Below are positions 49,107 to 58,577 of a stretch of DNA of 64,000 bases, piece by piece. The DNA lies in NCBI GenBank assembly GCA_041583015.1, contig JBFHGR010000002.1:6181-70180 (forward strand), read 5' to 3'. Position 1 is the first letter of the stretch, and the number at the start of each line of letters is the position of its first letter. The position numbers were made by a program, and so were the translations under genes. The DNA is from Parvicella sp. Lineage in GTDB: Bacteria > Bacteroidota > Bacteroidia > Flavobacteriales_D > Parvicellaceae. The notes under the pieces were generated by a model that saw only the letters and a program-made list of their open reading frames with translations, ran no database searches and had not been told where the DNA came from.

Positions 49107-50752
49107 TTGTTTTCTTCGATTAACTCTGGCTTACTCTGTCCATTAATCAATTGCTCAAATTGACTTGAAAGTAATTCAATATCTAAATCTGACATATTGG
49201 TGTTTGAAATATCTAATACTTTCAATTTACAACTTTCATTCAAAAGTAGTTTTGATATTGGGTTATTCGACAGTTCAACTTCCTCCAATTTTGAAAAATT
49301 GGACAAATTAATTGACGTCATTGTATTGTTGTCTAGAAATAGTTCCAATAATGCACTATTCTTATTCAGTGTAGGAAAATTAACTATTCTACAAGATTGA
49401 CATTCAATTTTTTGAATAGAGTCTAAATAAAATAACTCTTCTTCCAATATTGATATTGGATTATGACTTAAGTCTATTTTTTGAATTGCTGTAGAGTTAA
49501 ATATAGACATCGGAACGTTCTGAATATTATTCTCGCCAATATCAATCTTTATTAATGAATCCAATTTAAAATCAATACCTTTTTCACTTAATTGATTATT
49601 TCTTAACTCTAAAACTTTAAGTGATTCTAATTCATTTTTGCTAACTTTAAATGTTAAAAGTGCATTTCCATTTAAAACTAACATTTGCAACTTGTTCAAA
49701 CAACTGTTAGAAAACTCTATCTTTTCAATTTTGTTTTCAATTGCAAAAAATTTACGTAGATTACATAAACCATTGACTTCATCAATATTTGTAATATTAT
49801 TGAATGAAACATCCAAAATTTGCAATGCAGAATAATCAACCAATGAAATAGGCAATGTCGAAATTTTATTATCCCCTATTTCATAAACTTCTATAGTTGT
49901 CGGATTTAATATTATCGGGAATTTCATCAAGTTGTTCCCAGATATTTTTATAGTTTTTAACTGTGATAAATTTGAAATAAATTGCATTTCATTAATTTCA
50001 TTACCTGATACATTCAAATAATTTAAATTCTCACAACTACTTAAGGTGGTTGGTAATTCGCTAAAATTATTGTTTTTTAAGTTAATAATTTCTAGTTGCT
50101 TATTTAGTCCTATACTACTCGGTAAAATTTCTAGATTATTATTCCCGCATTTAAATACCTTTAGTTTCTTCGATCTAAATAACTTATCACTTAAGAATCT
50201 TAACCTATTATTTTGAATTTCTAAAGTTTCAAGTCTTGATAAAGCGTTTGATAATTCTATAAACTTTAAATTATTGGATGCTAAATCCAACAATCTTAAA
50301 TTTGAAAAATTTGAAAAATCACAAGCGATTGAATCAATTGAGTTGTCTCTTAAATTTATTTCTTCTAAATTGATTAATTCTTCCAGAAATTTGGGAATTA
50401 AAGAGATTTTATTATCATGGATTACTAATGACTTTAAGTTTTTTAATTTTATAATTGAATCAGGTATTGCCTCCAATTGAGCATCAATAATCACCAATGT
50501 AGTTAAGTTAGGAGACGAAGCCAAAATATCTATTGTCTCATTCCAATTATTTTGAAATGACAATGTTACTTTATTCAAATTTTGAAACCTTGTTAAATTA
50601 TTTTGTAGAGAAGTATATTTCTTTGGAACGATTAATTCCTTCACTTCTGAAGAATCTTCAAATAACTCACCCAAAACAAATGAATTAACAACCTGAGAGT
50701 AATAATTGAATGAAGTAAAAATAAACAAGAAATAAGAAACAAATCTAATCAT
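49103..50752 (-). CDS. Exported leucine-rich repeat protein
   Basis: Signal peptide; roughly 18-20 LxxLxLxxNxL repeats (e.g. LKNLKSLVIHDNKI, LEEINLRDNSI). Confidence 0.9.
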   Translation of the reverse strand: MIRFVSYFLFIFTSFNYYSQVVNSFVLGELFEDSSEVKELIVPKKYTSLQNNLTRFQNLNKVTLSFQNNWNETIDILASSPNLTTLVIIDAQLEAIPDSIIKLKNLKSLVIHDNKISLIPKFLEELINLEEINLRDNSIDSIACDFSNFSNLRLLDLASNNLKFIELSNALSRLETLEIQNNRLRFLSDKLFRSKKLKVFKCGNNNLEILPSSIGLNKQLEIINLKNNNFSELPTTLSSCENLNYLNVSGNEINEMQFISNLSQLKTIKISGNNLMKFPIILNPTTIEVYEIGDNKISTLPISLVDYSALQILDVSFNNITNIDEVNGLCNLRKFFAIENKIEKIEFSNSCLNKLQMLVLNGNALLTFKVSKNELESLKVLELRNNQLSEKGIDFKLDSLIKIDIGENNIQNVPMSIFNSTAIQKIDLSHNPISILEEELFYLDSIQKIECQSCRIVNFPTLNKNSALLELFLDNNTMTSINLSNFSKLEEVELSNNPISKLLLNESCKLKVLDISNTNMSDLDIELLSSQFEQLINGQSKPELIEENN

Positions 50753-52545
50753 TACTTAATTCTAATAATCCATCGAACACTCATATTGGTAACTCTAGTC
50801 TCGAGTCCATCTAAATTTGCTTGAAAACGATCACCACTTGTATTATATGCACGAATTGTTACTACAGTGCCATCATCATCCAAATAATCATTGGTATCCC
50901 CATTACCACTATCGTCATTATTTATCCAGTCAAGATTATTTGCTTGATCAGTTTGATATAATCCACTAGTAGTATTACCTCTTAAAAACCTTCCTCTAGA
51001 GGCATCTCCCGATTCTGATGTAGTTCCTCCATTCAAATTTGGCAGAACTCTACCATTTAAAGGACTTGCCCCATCTGCGACTGTTTGACCATTACACTCC
51101 ATCCATCCTGCGGGTAAAGCAGGTACTCCTGTCAAATTTCCATGCCAACCAACAATACTACCAATAGGAATTAACCCATATCCGGCATTAGACCAAGCAG
51201 CATTACCGTTTGCATCTTGAGACATTAAAAAATCACCAGCGGTTGGTGCTCCTCCTCTTATCCTTACCGTTCCATTTACATCTAATGCTCTTGTTGGAGC
51301 GTTGGTTCTAATTCCAACTTCTTGAGTATTTAAATCCAATCTCATTGTTAAAACATCTGCATCAGATTCTGTGAAATCCAAGTATTGATCAGCAAAAATT
51401 GTCATTTCCGTGCCTCCTTCTGTTGCATATCCCACACCATAAGTAGCACCTGCATTATCTCTTACAAAATAAGTTCCACTATTAACGTCAGCATTACCAT
51501 TAATATCCAAAGTTTGAGATAAAGTTGCAGTTCCAATACCTACTCTATTTGTTCCTGCATCCACCAAAACCATATTTGCATTCCCATCTGACTCAACTCT
51601 AAAATTCCTATCCAATCCTTGCTCATTGAAAATAAACTGACTATTCATATCCAAATCCATAGATACAGCTCCGTTTTCATACATCCTAAACCTTCCGTCA
51701 TCACCATCATCAGAAAATACTCCCATTAAAGTTCCTCCTGTAGTAGCATCCAGCCAATACATATCATCTCCAATTCTGGTTGTACCGTCATCTCGTACTT
51801 CAAATACACGTGTACCGGCATCCTCAATAGCAAAATCACCTGTACCTGTTAAATCATGAATTAATGTAAAGTTTGCATGTGATATTGTAGTCGCTTCAAC
51901 TAATGGACCTCCCATTCTAACCCTGTCAGCCCCAGCATTAACATATAATCCATTATCGGCTGCCGCAGTTAGTGTAACTGTTCCAGCAGTTCCCCCACCC
52001 ACTAGTCCGGCTCCTGCTGTAACTCCTGTTATATCGCCATTGGGGGGGAGAGTTTGAGTTCCTAAAACACCATTAGCATCTGCCACAACCATTCTTGTTC
52101 CAACTCCTCCTAAATCATCTACTTCCATTTGTCCAGCAGTATATACTCTAACCCTTTCAGCATTATTAGTTTTAAAAACCAAGTCTTGTGCATCTGAAGT
52201 TCCTACGTAATCTGTCCCTGGTGTTGTTCCGGCATTTCCATTTAATGCCCAAGCAGTACCTTGCATCATAAACTGCACCCATTGCGCTCCGTCCCATAAC
52301 CAATATGAATTAGTGGTTTCATCATAAACTGTTAAACCTTCATCTGCGGCACCCAGACCGCCAATACCAACTCGCTGACCTGAGGTAATTCTTGGGATTA
52401 AAATTCCCTTGTCATTGGTAGATACATCTGCATCTAAAATAGCATTGGGATTAGGGTCAGTTCCTGTATTATTAACTCCAATTCCTTGTGAAAACATAGG
52501 TAATGTAAGAGAAAAAATTGAAGCAGATAAAAATAACTTATTCAT
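50752..52545 (-). CDS. Signal-peptide fibre-like surface protein with C-terminal phage tail-collar-like domain
   Basis: IGVNNT..PNPNAILD...KGILIPR and WALNGNAGT...VGTSDAQDLVFKTN repeats; C-terminal IPIGSIVGW...LPAGWMECNGQ...LPNLNG...GRFLRG...ETRVTNMSVRWIIRIK. Confidence 0.75.
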   Translation of the reverse strand: MNKLFLSASIFSLTLPMFSQGIGVNNTGTDPNPNAILDADVSTNDKGILIPRITSGQRVGIGGLGAADEGLTVYDETTNSYWLWDGAQWVQFMMQGTAWALNGNAGTTPGTDYVGTSDAQDLVFKTNNAERVRVYTAGQMEVDDLGGVGTRMVVADANGVLGTQTLPPNGDITGVTAGAGLVGGGTAGTVTLTAAADNGLYVNAGADRVRMGGPLVEATTISHANFTLIHDLTGTGDFAIEDAGTRVFEVRDDGTTRIGDDMYWLDATTGGTLMGVFSDDGDDGRFRMYENGAVSMDLDMNSQFIFNEQGLDRNFRVESDGNANMVLVDAGTNRVGIGTATLSQTLDINGNADVNSGTYFVRDNAGATYGVGYATEGGTEMTIFADQYLDFTESDADVLTMRLDLNTQEVGIRTNAPTRALDVNGTVRIRGGAPTAGDFLMSQDANGNAAWSNAGYGLIPIGSIVGWHGNLTGVPALPAGWMECNGQTVADGASPLNGRVLPNLNGGTTSESGDASRGRFLRGNTTSGLYQTDQANNLDWINNDDSGNGDTNDYLDDDGTVVTIRAYNTSGDRFQANLDGLETRVTNMSVRWIIRIK

Positions 52546-52595
52546 AGTAGTAATTGTAGGTACTACAAATATAATAAAAAATAACTAGTCTTTTT

Positions 52596-53078
52596 TTAAA
52601 TGCTTGTAATCAAATTGTTATGCCAACTGTCCTTAACCGGCACTTCCCATTTATCAAAATCTCCAACCACAGTAATCATGTTATTGAATACAATTGTATC
52701 TTCTGTAAATGTTTTTGATGCTAGTAAATCTTGAAAATTATTCATAGTCGTAACATCCACTTTTCCTTCATCGTTTTTAAAAGCGATAAGCATTCTATCT
52801 AATAATGAAACACTAAGTTCTTCTTCTAATGCTTTCATCAATTTAACTTGAGCATCTTGAGCCCTACCACACATACTTCCATCACAATCATCTGCTGCAA
52901 CAAGTATGAATCTTTTGTAGAGAATCTTTACCGTTCCTTTTACACTTGCACCATGACTTTCCCATCCGTGCAAGAAATTAGTGGCATAGCCATCAATAAT
53001 ATTGATTTGCTCATCAGAAAATTCTTCACTTGAAGTGTAAATCCAAATTTTATCGGTAGGCTTAAAATCTTTTAACAT
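52596..53078 (-). CDS. Conserved Bacteroidota hypothetical protein
   Basis: IWIYTSS..F, WESHG, FDRM-like LLDRM, VPVKDSWH; no Walker motifs. Confidence 0.75.
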   Translation of the reverse strand: MLKDFKPTDKIWIYTSSEEFSDEQINIIDGYATNFLHGWESHGASVKGTVKILYKRFILVAADDCDGSMCGRAQDAQVKLMKALEEELSVSLLDRMLIAFKNDEGKVDVTTMNNFQDLLASKTFTEDTIVFNNMITVVGDFDKWEVPVKDSWHNNLITSI

Positions 53079-53079
53079 C

Positions 53080-53958
53080 TTATTTTATTGTAATTTTTGC
53101 TGATACTTCTGCAAATTTATCACTCTTCGTGTCAGTTACCAATATATTCCAAGTGTATTTACCTGGCGAAAATTCAGAGAATACTTTTGAAAAGTATAAA
53201 GGATAGGTTTCATACCCTTCAATTAACCCTGATATTTCATCTTCTTGAAAAAATACTTCCTTCTGATTATTGTCCAAAACTTTCATGACGTAATTCATAT
53301 ACACCATTCCATCTTCCTCTACAAATCCCTTTACACCATTTAAATAAATTAAAATTTCGTCTCCTTTATAAACATTTATTGGTATTTTCTCAAACTGTTT
53401 CTTTCCTAAAAATAACTGACTTGAAAGAACTACACCTTCCAAATTAGAAGAGAACTCAACTCCTTTTGTACCTATTGCTTTTTTGGAAACTAAAGTATAT
53501 TCCTCTTTAAAATCATATGAAATTGTACCATATTTATCAAAAAGTACTACTTCCATGGTTAGTCTTTCTTCCTTTGGTTCTAATGGTACAGTAAAGTATG
53601 CTTCAAAGAAATCAATCTTAGGATCTTGTTGTTCTATCTTACTTAAAAGATCTTCGTATTGATCTATGATATTTCCTTTTGAATCTAAAACTTTTAGACT
53701 AATTCCTACGTGTTGATATCCATCTTTAATCGTTGCATTCTGAACACCTGAAAACTCTAAAATTACGTTTTCTCCTCTTATTATTTCATTGTTATAAATA
53801 GGTTCTATACCGTTAATAGACACATCAAAACTTTCATAAGAAAATCCATTTTTTATTTCTGAATTCTCTTCTGAAACAGTCTCATCGCCACCTACTGTAA
53901 CTTCACAAGATGTTGCAATTATGAATAAGGATACTAGGGGTAGTATATATTTTTTCAT
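53080..53958 (-). CDS. Hypothetical lipoprotein with internal two-domain duplication
   Basis: Lipobox ATSC; two similar segments (RGENVILEFSGV...LKVLDSKGN and KGDEILIYLNGV...MKVLDNNQK). Confidence 0.7.
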   Translation of the reverse strand: MKKYILPLVSLFIIATSCEVTVGGDETVSEENSEIKNGFSYESFDVSINGIEPIYNNEIIRGENVILEFSGVQNATIKDGYQHVGISLKVLDSKGNIIDQYEDLLSKIEQQDPKIDFFEAYFTVPLEPKEERLTMEVVLFDKYGTISYDFKEEYTLVSKKAIGTKGVEFSSNLEGVVLSSQLFLGKKQFEKIPINVYKGDEILIYLNGVKGFVEEDGMVYMNYVMKVLDNNQKEVFFQEDEISGLIEGYETYPLYFSKVFSEFSPGKYTWNILVTDTKSDKFAEVSAKITIK

Positions 53959-53973
53959 TGAATTATTTATCTC

Positions 53974-54768
53974 TTATAAATCTGCTGCATTTGCGATTAA
54001 TTCTGCTACGTCCAAAACTTTGACACTATCTTCCTTATTAAAGTGCTTTAATCCATCTGTCATCATGGTATTACAGAAAGGACATCCTGTTGCAACTAAA
54101 TCTGCTTTCGCATCAATAACATCCCCAGTTCTCTCCACGTTAATTTCCTTATCTCCTTTTTCTGCCTCTTTAAACATCTGAGCACCTCCTGCTCCACAAC
54201 AAAGTCCATTTGTTTTACATCTTTTCATCTCCACCAATTCACTATCTAATTTAGATAGCACATCTCTAGGTGCTTCATAAACATCATTGGCTCTTCCTAA
54301 ATAACAAGGATCATGGAAAGTAATTTTCTTACCTTTAAAATCTCCGCCTCCAGCAATTTTCAATCTACCTTCCTTCAACAAACCGTTGATTAATTGTGTA
54401 TGATGAATAACTTCATAAGTTCCTCCTAATTCTGGATACTCATTTTTTAAAGTATTAAAACAGTGAGGACAAGCGGTAACAATTTTCTTGATTTCATAAC
54501 CGTTTAAGACTTGAATATTCTGCATAGCAGCCATCATAAAAGCAAATTCATTTCCTGCTCTTTTTGCAGGATCTCCTGTACAAGATTCCTCTGTTCCTAA
54601 AACAGCAAACTTCACTTCGCACTTATTTAAAATCTTTACAACTGCCTTTGTAATTTTCTTAGCTCTGTCATCAAAACTTCCAGCGCAACCAACCCAAAAT
54701 AAAATTTCTGGTGATTCCCCTCTGGCAACCATTTCTGCTACTGTTGGTACATTTAATAATTCTGACAT
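53974..54768 (-). CDS. CCG-domain Fe-S protein (HdrD/GlpC-like)
   Basis: FWVGCAGS, SCTGDPAKRAGNE, ACPHC, HDPCYLGR, LCCGAGG, CPFC. Confidence 0.9.
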   Translation of the reverse strand: MSELLNVPTVAEMVARGESPEILFWVGCAGSFDDRAKKITKAVVKILNKCEVKFAVLGTEESCTGDPAKRAGNEFAFMMAAMQNIQVLNGYEIKKIVTACPHCFNTLKNEYPELGGTYEVIHHTQLINGLLKEGRLKIAGGGDFKGKKITFHDPCYLGRANDVYEAPRDVLSKLDSELVEMKRCKTNGLCCGAGGAQMFKEAEKGDKEINVERTGDVIDAKADLVATGCPFCNTMMTDGLKHFNKEDSVKVLDVAELIANAADL

Positions 54769-54857
54769 TTATTTTTAGTTTTTAGCACTTAGTGGATAGC
54801 GCTTAGTTTATTTATTTCAATTTAATTGCTTCAGTAATCAATTGGAACATTGATACA

Positions 54858-56201
54858 TTAATCTTCTTTTGCCCAATTCAATCTATCACTTGTAGCATAT
54901 TGCCACGGTGCTCCATTATTTTCAATATTGGTAAGCATACCAGCTAATTCTGTTGGTACTTTTGATTCCTCCATAACAAGGTATCTTCTTAAATCCACAA
55001 TAATACTTAGTGGATCTATATTCACTGGACATTCTTGCACACATGCATTACAACTGGTACATGCCCAAACTTCTTCCTCTAGGACAAAATCATAAATCAA
55101 TGACTTACCATCATGAGCATCTTTACCATTTTTCTTTTTGTATGCTGATAATTCCTCCAATCTATCACGCGTATCCATCATGATTTTTCTTGGTGAAAGT
55201 TTCTTGCCTGTCTGATTTGCAGGACAAGCAGAAGAACATCTACCACATTCTGTACATGTGTAACTATCCATTAACTGTTTCCAAGTCAAGTCTTCAACAT
55301 CTTTCGCTCCAAATAGTCCTACTTCAGCAGTTTCACCTTCTGGTGGTGCAGCATATGGATCAAAATTTGGATCAAACATACTTTCTACTTCCTTTTTAAC
55401 AGAAGCCAAGTTGGTAAACTGTCCTTTTGGTTTAAGGTTTGAAAAGAATGTATTAGGAAAAGCCAAGAAAATATGGAAGTGTTTTGAAAAAGGCAAATAG
55501 CACATAAATCCAAGGACAACAATGATATGTCCCCACCACCCTATTCTTTCAATTAATTCCAAAGTAGCTATTTCCATTCCTCCGAAAATAGCACCTCCAA
55601 ACAGGCTACTTAAAGCAAAACCATAAGACCCTTCACCTGTAGCACCTACGGCATGTGAATGCCCCGCTTGATACAATGCTTCATCAGCGCCATTCATTGT
55701 AAAAATGAACATCACCAAGAAAAACTCAAGGTATAGGATAATGTTACCATCCAATTTAGGCCAACCTGTCATTTCACTCATTTGAAATCTCGGTATTTTC
55801 AATAAGTTTCTTCTAGCCAAAAATGAAAAAGTAGCAATCAACGCTAAAAATGACAAAACTTCGATGATACTTATTACCAATGTATAAAAACCTCCCAGCG
55901 GCTCCATAAAAATACGATGTGAACCTGTAACACCATCCACTATTATTTCTATTAACTCAACTTGAGTAAATAAAAATGCCACGTAAATAAACAAGTGCAG
56001 CATTGCTGGAATTGGTCTTTGAAACATTTTCTTCTGTCCCAATGCTACCAATGTCATTGTTTTCAACCTCTCAGAAAACTTATCTGATCTATTTAACGGT
56101 TTCCCCATTCTTATATTACCAGCAATTCTCTTGATCTGTAAACCAAAAAAAGTAATGCCTCCTAAAAATATAACCAGGAAAATAATACTACCAATACCCA
56201 T
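54858..56201 (-). CDS. Membrane-bound Fe-S oxidoreductase (NarI/HdrE-like TM region + 4Fe-4S dicluster)
   Basis: Multiple TM helices, SKHFHIF, CTECGRCSSACP and CTSCNACVQECP. Confidence 0.9.
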   Translation of the reverse strand: MGIGSIIFLVIFLGGITFFGLQIKRIAGNIRMGKPLNRSDKFSERLKTMTLVALGQKKMFQRPIPAMLHLFIYVAFLFTQVELIEIIVDGVTGSHRIFMEPLGGFYTLVISIIEVLSFLALIATFSFLARRNLLKIPRFQMSEMTGWPKLDGNIILYLEFFLVMFIFTMNGADEALYQAGHSHAVGATGEGSYGFALSSLFGGAIFGGMEIATLELIERIGWWGHIIVVLGFMCYLPFSKHFHIFLAFPNTFFSNLKPKGQFTNLASVKKEVESMFDPNFDPYAAPPEGETAEVGLFGAKDVEDLTWKQLMDSYTCTECGRCSSACPANQTGKKLSPRKIMMDTRDRLEELSAYKKKNGKDAHDGKSLIYDFVLEEEVWACTSCNACVQECPVNIDPLSIIVDLRRYLVMEESKVPTELAGMLTNIENNGAPWQYATSDRLNWAKED

Positions 56202-56282
56202 TTAATCTAAATTAATAATTCGATTACAAAGAAAATAAACATTCGGCAACTTATACCTTATTTATGGTATTTTTTTAAACAA

Positions 56283-56317
56283 AAAAGCGGTAAATAATAG
56301 ATTTATTTACCGCTTTT
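56283..56317 (-). terminator. Intrinsic terminator after mlaD
   Basis: AAAAGCGGTAAATAA-TAGAT-TTATTTACCGCTTTT hairpin, with an A run on the left giving a U tract on the minus strand. Confidence 0.85.
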
Positions 56318-56333
56318 ACTAAAACTATATAAG

Positions 56334-57383
56334 TCAAGGATACATTGGTTCAATAGTATCTTTAACATACTTTCTAAGAATTTTCTCTTGTCTAGAATCC
56401 AATTTCAACCCTTTATCTCTTCCTCCAAATACAGAAAACTGGATATATCTATTAGGATGCTCCTTAATGTTTTCAACTAATCTAGTGGCCTCTTCAACCA
56501 TTTCATTCATGTTGTTATACAATAATGAATCTTGCATCAACTTTGTCAAAGTTCCATCTCCATTTTGTATCTCATCCAAAATTAAGTTTACATTATCCAA
56601 TGCTCCGTTAGCCTTATTCACTATTCCATTGATATCTAACTTTGATAAAGAGTCAGATAAATTAGAAAAGTTGGCCAAAATAGTAGTGATTTGCTCGTTA
56701 CTTTCTTTAATATTTCCTGTTATTGAGTTCACATTTGCAATCATAGAGGTAATCTGATGCTTGTTTTGATTTAATACATGCGTCAAGGAATCTATATTTT
56801 TAGTTATACTTTCAAAATTCGTCATAGACTTGTTCAACTTAGCAAAAGTCTCATTTACTTGCCCCGTATTTTCACCAAAAACATTCTCTATTGTAGCAAT
56901 CGCACCATCGGCTGTTTCAAGTAAGATGTTTACTTTTCCCATCAACGGATCAATTTTATTTTCTAAAGTTTTCTGTAAATCTTCGGCTACAGCACTTATC
57001 AAGGTATCTTGATTATCATGAAAAGTAGATGTAGGTACTTCTGGATAGATTATATTAATACTAACAGTCCCCAATAAATCTCCTTTCATTTCCGCCTTTG
57101 AAGTCAAAGGTATTTTGACTTCTTTATTTGTAATTTCAAACTTAATCACTGTAGAGTGAACATCTTTAGGATTCAGAGATACTTGAGTTACTTTTCCTAT
57201 AATCACACCATTTAATTTTACAGCGTTCCCTTCAGCGATACCATCTGCACTTTCGTATACAGCATAGTACTCTGTTTTTTCACCAAATAAAGTCTGTCCT
57301 TTCAGAAAAAAGAATCCTAAAATCAGTGCTGTTATCGCCATTGCGGCAAATATCCCTACGATAAACTCTTTTCTTATTTTCAT
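56334..57383 (-). CDS. mlaD: MlaD/MCE family protein
   Basis: N-terminal TM helix, GIAEGNAVKLNGVIIGKV MCE motif, long helical tail, GDGTLTKL...P.RY. Confidence 0.85.
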   Translation of the reverse strand: MKIRKEFIVGIFAAMAITALILGFFFLKGQTLFGEKTEYYAVYESADGIAEGNAVKLNGVIIGKVTQVSLNPKDVHSTVIKFEITNKEVKIPLTSKAEMKGDLLGTVSINIIYPEVPTSTFHDNQDTLISAVAEDLQKTLENKIDPLMGKVNILLETADGAIATIENVFGENTGQVNETFAKLNKSMTNFESITKNIDSLTHVLNQNKHQITSMIANVNSITGNIKESNEQITTILANFSNLSDSLSKLDINGIVNKANGALDNVNLILDEIQNGDGTLTKLMQDSLLYNNMNEMVEEATRLVENIKEHPNRYIQFSVFGGRDKGLKLDSRQEKILRKYVKDTIEPMYP

Positions 57384-57384
57384 A

Positions 57385-58563
57385 TCATTTTTTCAATTTA
57401 CTTTTATCAGCAGCATACTTCACATCCACTTTTTTACCATTTTCGTATGCCACCATAAATGCAGTATCATATCCTTTTTCTCGAACTTCTGTTTGTCGTT
57501 CTTTAGCATCATCATATGATGTATAATTTCCAACAAAATATTTATACCATTTACCAGAAGGTATCATTTCTACGTCAACCATCCCTTTAAAGTTCTCTGG
57601 TTTTGTAGGTAAATTTAATGTAGAAGTAGCAATTTGAACCTTAAACACAATACCTTCATTGATTTTAACATCTTCTTTAGGCTCTTCCTTCTTAATTGGT
57701 TTTTCTTGTTTGACAGGCGTTTCAAATGGATCTTCTCCTACATTACCTGAAATACCATCAACCTTATCCGTATGAGTTTTATAAGACTTAAAAGAATCAA
57801 ACAATTCCTTAGCTAATTTTACTTGACCTTCTTTACTCGCTAAAAACTTCACTTCTTCCTTATGAGATAGAAAACCTAACTCCACTAAAACAGATGGCAT
57901 TGTAGCCCGATATAAAACAACAAACCCGGCCTGTTTTACTCCTCTATCATGTCTTTTCAAATCCCCTACAAAATTTTTCTGGATAAAATCTGCAAAGACT
58001 AAACTCTGATCCAAGAAAGCATTTTGTCTCATTGCCAACGCGATGTATGCATCGGGATCATTTGGATTGAAATCTTCATACGTATTCTCATGCCCATCCT
58101 CCATTAAAATAGCATTATTCTCTTTTTTTGCAACTTCCAATGAAGCGGCAGACTTGTGCAATCCAAGCACCCAGGACTCAGCCCCTTTTGCAGAAGCATT
58201 ACCGGCAGCATTACAATGCAGAGATATAAATAAATCCGCACCTGCCTTGTTTGCTTTGGCTGCCCTATCTGCCAATCCTATAAATTCATCCGTACTTCTC
58301 GTGTAAATTACATTCACCTTAGGAAATTCCTTTTTGATCATTTTTCCTAATTCTAAACCAACACTTAGCACGACATCTTTTTCGTAAACTTTGCCATTCA
58401 CCGCGCCAGGATCTTTACCTCCATGACCTGGATCAATCACGACTGTATTTATTCCTAAACCTGTTTGTCCGGAATAAAAATTCACAAACATTAACAATGC
58501 TAAGGCAAGTATCCACGAATTTCTTCGTTTCTCAGGAGAATATATTACTTTTGCTGACTTCAT
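57385..58563 (-). CDS. N-acetylmuramoyl-L-alanine amidase (Amidase_3) with C-terminal SPOR-like domain
   Basis: VIDPGHGGKDPG, EKDVVL, ISLHCNA, VLVELGFLS; C-terminal VFKVQI...YKYFVG...KGYDTAF; in-frame upstream starts exist up to 58608. Confidence 0.92.
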   Translation of the reverse strand: MKSAKVIYSPEKRRNSWILALALLMFVNFYSGQTGLGINTVVIDPGHGGKDPGAVNGKVYEKDVVLSVGLELGKMIKKEFPKVNVIYTRSTDEFIGLADRAAKANKAGADLFISLHCNAAGNASAKGAESWVLGLHKSAASLEVAKKENNAILMEDGHENTYEDFNPNDPDAYIALAMRQNAFLDQSLVFADFIQKNFVGDLKRHDRGVKQAGFVVLYRATMPSVLVELGFLSHKEEVKFLASKEGQVKLAKELFDSFKSYKTHTDKVDGISGNVGEDPFETPVKQEKPIKKEEPKEDVKINEGIVFKVQIATSTLNLPTKPENFKGMVDVEMIPSGKWYKYFVGNYTSYDDAKERQTEVREKGYDTAFMVAYENGKKVDVKYAADKSKLKK

Positions 58564-58577
58564 AATTATAATATTGT

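Noticed and set aside
50752-52545. Prophage, tailocin or eCIS interpretation of the tail-collar protein
   Set aside because: No sheath, tube, baseplate, terminase or lysis genes nearby, and the protein has a Sec signal peptide.
52596-53078. ABC ATPase label that I recall often being attached to this family
   Set aside because: No Walker A/B or signature motif in the sequence.
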